A DNA stretch of 64,000 nucleotides from Amoebophrya sp. A120 (taxonomy: Eukaryota > Protista > Dinoflagellata). Of the stretch, positions 61,601 to 64,000 are shown piece after piece. Where the stretch lies: contig CAJINV010000016.1 in assembly GCA_905178155.1 (NCBI GenBank), positions 1,497,824 to 1,561,823 of the forward strand, read 5' to 3'. Position 1 is the first letter of the stretch; each line of letters opens with the position of its first letter. The position numbers and the translations under genes are program-made. The notes beneath the pieces were generated by a model. The model was not told where the DNA came from. It was given only the letters and a program-made list of their open reading frames with translations, and searched no databases.

Positions 61601-62210
61601 ACGAACAAGTGCGGCATCAGGAAATTATGACAGTGCACAACTCCCGCTCCTCCTCATTTGTCATGCAGAATACCCAATCTACCCTTTGCCTCTTGGCACT
61701 GTTGGCATGACAAGTTCTGGTAGCCCAAAGAGCACCACACTCAAGTGCAAATTTGTCATGCAAAACCGCCACTCTTGCTGGTGCTTGTGTTGCCGTTCAT
61801 GGTATCCAACCGAGGGGGAGGGGGACGAGTTGTGCACTCTCATAGAAATGCAAGAACGCCCACAATTCCATCAGATCGTTCTGCAATGGCGTCCCGGTGA
61901 GCAGTATGCAGCGCAAAAGTATCGCACTCGTATGGCAGTCATGCATTACAAATCTTTTTCTCAGGAGCGTAAATCTGCATTACAAATTTTATTTCTCATT
62001 ATGAGGATATCGATATTTGTAATGCATTTATACGACGAGTACGATGCTTTTGCAATTCATAAGCAGTAACCGCGCTTGGGACACGAGGGGTAAAAGCAGT
62101 TGCCACTTTTGCGATTTGTAGTTCCTGATCAAATGCGCCTCGTCCAAAACGATGAATTCCCAGTTTTGCAAACGCTTGAAGTGGCTGATGTCCGAGCAGA
62201 TCGTGTTGTA
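55653..62210 (-). CDS. SWR1: SWR1/SRCAP-type SNF2 chromatin-remodelling ATPase, 5'-partial (>=1574 aa), 8 introner introns
   Basis: [91 protein letters not shown], long insertion, [50 protein letters not shown]. These motifs appear only after element removal. Confidence 0.88.
56975..57285. mobile_element. Introner, family E
   Basis: TIR TATGGG.GTGTCAGGAT.GAAA; DR gttcc/attcc; splits DWN|P. Confidence 0.92.
57329..57478. mobile_element. Introner, family B
   Basis: Family B TIR; DR ccgtt; splits NLT|GANVV. Confidence 0.92.
58683..58944. mobile_element. Introner, family A
   Basis: Family A TIR; DR tgttc/tgctc. Confidence 0.9.
58992..59314. mobile_element. Introner, singleton (family H-like terminus)
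   Basis: GGAAAAATCCCCCCTCCCCA IR at both ends; DR agaag. Confidence 0.87.
60762..60870. mobile_element. Introner, family D
   Basis: TATCCAGGAAAA TIR; DR catgt; splits HPDM|FEPR. Confidence 0.92.
61178..61439. mobile_element. Introner, family A
   Basis: Family A TIR; DR ttcct. Confidence 0.9.
61626..61844. mobile_element. Introner, family G
   Basis: TIR TATGA.AGTGCACAACTC; DR gaaat; splits LHF|LMPH. Confidence 0.92.
61905..62061. mobile_element. Introner, family B
   Basis: Family B TIR; DR agcag; splits LLL|TGTP. Confidence 0.92.
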
Positions 62211-62229
62211 ATTAGGGGTTGAAAGAATT

Positions 62230-63745
62230 AAGGTTTTGGTCAAGGTTTTGACTTGCGATTTTTCATTTTTTTTCTCTTCGCTCTGAATGGAAAAGGAAAG
62301 CGCAGACCATCCAGCCGAAAAAGCTCGCTGCGCCGATATCAACATCTCGGCCGGTATCCAGACCAGCAGAAGCCGGGCAAAATGGAGGCCGCGCGCTTGC
62401 TGCTTCCAACCTCTCCCCTGGGTGAATACGATGAAGCCGCGGCGGCATTTTTCTCGGCTTCTGTTGACCTGGACTGCTGGCCAAGATATTAGCCTCGGCA
62501 CCTCCCCAGAAGAACCCCAGACGCATGCCATCCGCCGCGAGGTATTTGGGGCGCCGGGCTGCTGGCCCGGCTTCTCCGCCCCCAGATCTCATCCTGCGGT
62601 GGCGCGTATCGGGGTCCGGGGGAAGAGGCTGAGCAGCTGCGGGCTTGCCCGGCTGGAGGTTTGGCCGGGTCCCGGTTGCCGCCAAGGCGGCAAGTTCTCG
62701 GCTAGGCCTTTTCATGACAAAAGCGCACCAAAATGGAAGCAGGTTCTGACTTTTTCCGGGAGCTTTCCCCGGGCTAACGCTTACGCCTTTGCCCTTGCCC
62801 TGGCCCCCCCCTTTCGGCCGAACTTGGTGGCCTAAACTGGGCCGACGCGGGCGCCCATATCTTGGCCTGGCGGCCTGCCTTTTCCTGCGAGTTCCCTGGA
62901 GCAAATGGCAGGGCGCCCGGCTTCTCTGGCCCCGCATCCCGTTCCGCAATCTTGCGGGACGCCATCCGGAGGCAAAGGTAGAGCACCTTCCTGGCCAACC
63001 ACAGAGATGCTTGTCCCTGGAGTGGTTGCCGTCAAAGCGGCAAGAGGTTGGCCAGGGTTTTGCTCAGAAGAGGCTCACGGACATGGGCGCAAAGACTTAC
63101 TTTTCCCGGGGGCTTCCCCCGACCTAGAAAAGTACGGTTTTGCTTTCGCTTTGTGCTTCATCTTGTGGCCGAAAGTGCGGAGCCGAGCTGCGCCGATATG
63201 CTCGCCCATATCGTGTCGAGGCGGCCTGCTTCGTCGTGCAAGAGCAAGCCACCTGGAGCAACTGGCAGGGCGCCCGGCTTCTCTGCCCCCGGATTTCGTT
63301 CCACAATCTTGCGGGACGACGGGAGGAGGCAGAGGTAGAGCACCTTAACGGCCAACGACGGATATGCCTGTCCCTGTGATGGCTGCCGCCAAAGCGGCAG
63401 GGTTTTGGTCAGGGTTTTGCTCCGAAAAGGCTCACCACAATCGAAGCAAAAACTTATTTTTTTCGGGAGCTTCCCCCGAGCTAATAAAATAGGTCTTTGC
63501 TTTCGCTTTGCCCTCCTTTTTGTGGCTGAAAGTGTGGAGCTGTTCTGGGCCGGTATGTTCGCCCACATCGTGCCCAGACAACCTACCTGGCCCTGCAAGT
63601 TACTTGGAGCATATGGCAGGGCGCCCGTCTTTTCTGCCTCCGGATCTCGCTCCGCAATCTTGCGCGGCGACGTGCGGAGGCAGAGGTAGATCACCTTCCT
63701 GGCCAGCCACAGAGATGCTTGGCTCTGAGGTGTCCGCCGTCGACC
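62230..63745. repeat. Diverged GC-rich tandem array, ~355-bp unit, ~4 copies, inside the SWR1 locus
   Basis: TGGCAGGGCGCCCG at ~62906, ~63263 and ~63614; GAGGCA.AGGTAGA.CACCTT and GG.CAGGGTTTTGCTC recur at the same period. Confidence 0.8.
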
Positions 63746-64000
63746 TCATCTTCAAGCCAAAGCCTTATTTTATTAGGTCGCGTTTCGGACAAAAAAAAAA
63801 TTAAGGTTTAGGTTTGGAGATGAGGTCGACAACCCAACCTCAAAGATCGCCCTCTCTTTTTGCGGTCCACTTCCTGCTGCCTGGGCCACTCGCAGTGGCT
63901 GGAGGCTGGCCATGGCCGGCCCGTAGGAACTTGACCTCAAAAAGAGAGGCCGACTTTTGTCGGCTGGGTATGACGAGCTCATTTCAAATCAAAAACTTAG

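Noticed and set aside
55653-62210. SWR1 and the giant gene as transposon-disrupted pseudogenes
   Set aside because: No stops or frameshifts remain after removing the elements, and helicase motifs are intact.
63795-63820. TTAAGGTTTAGGTTTGG as telomeric repeat
   Set aside because: Only 2-3 degenerate units.

Overview
This is eukaryotic genomic DNA. Its gene layout and intron structure best fit a syndinian dinoflagellate parasite (Amoebophrya-like; inferred from architecture, not a database hit). All 8 supportable genes lie on the minus strand: a secreted-type protein running off the left edge, a small Cys-rich ORF, a RING-CH (MARCH-type) membrane E3 ligase, IMP4, a protein with CEP164-like WW and TFIIS-N domains, a PAM2/prion-like protein, a giant secreted-type protein of about 6150 aa, and a 5'-truncated SWR1-type SNF2 ATPase. 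The dominant feature is 39 MITE-like introner elements (109-323 bp, one expanded to 1564 bp) from at least 8 families. All are inserted inside coding sequence, begin TAT and end ATA, and have terminal inverted repeats (TIRs), 5-bp flanking direct repeats (DRs) and no GT-AG. Removing each element plus one DR copy restores an open frame at every site, including conserved SWR1 motifs. Main novelty candidates: orientation-independent non-GT-AG intron removal with a cross-family internal motif, and secreted polyproteins carrying repeated S-F-hydrophobic-E/Q sites that resemble apicomplexan rhoptry maturase cleavage sites.
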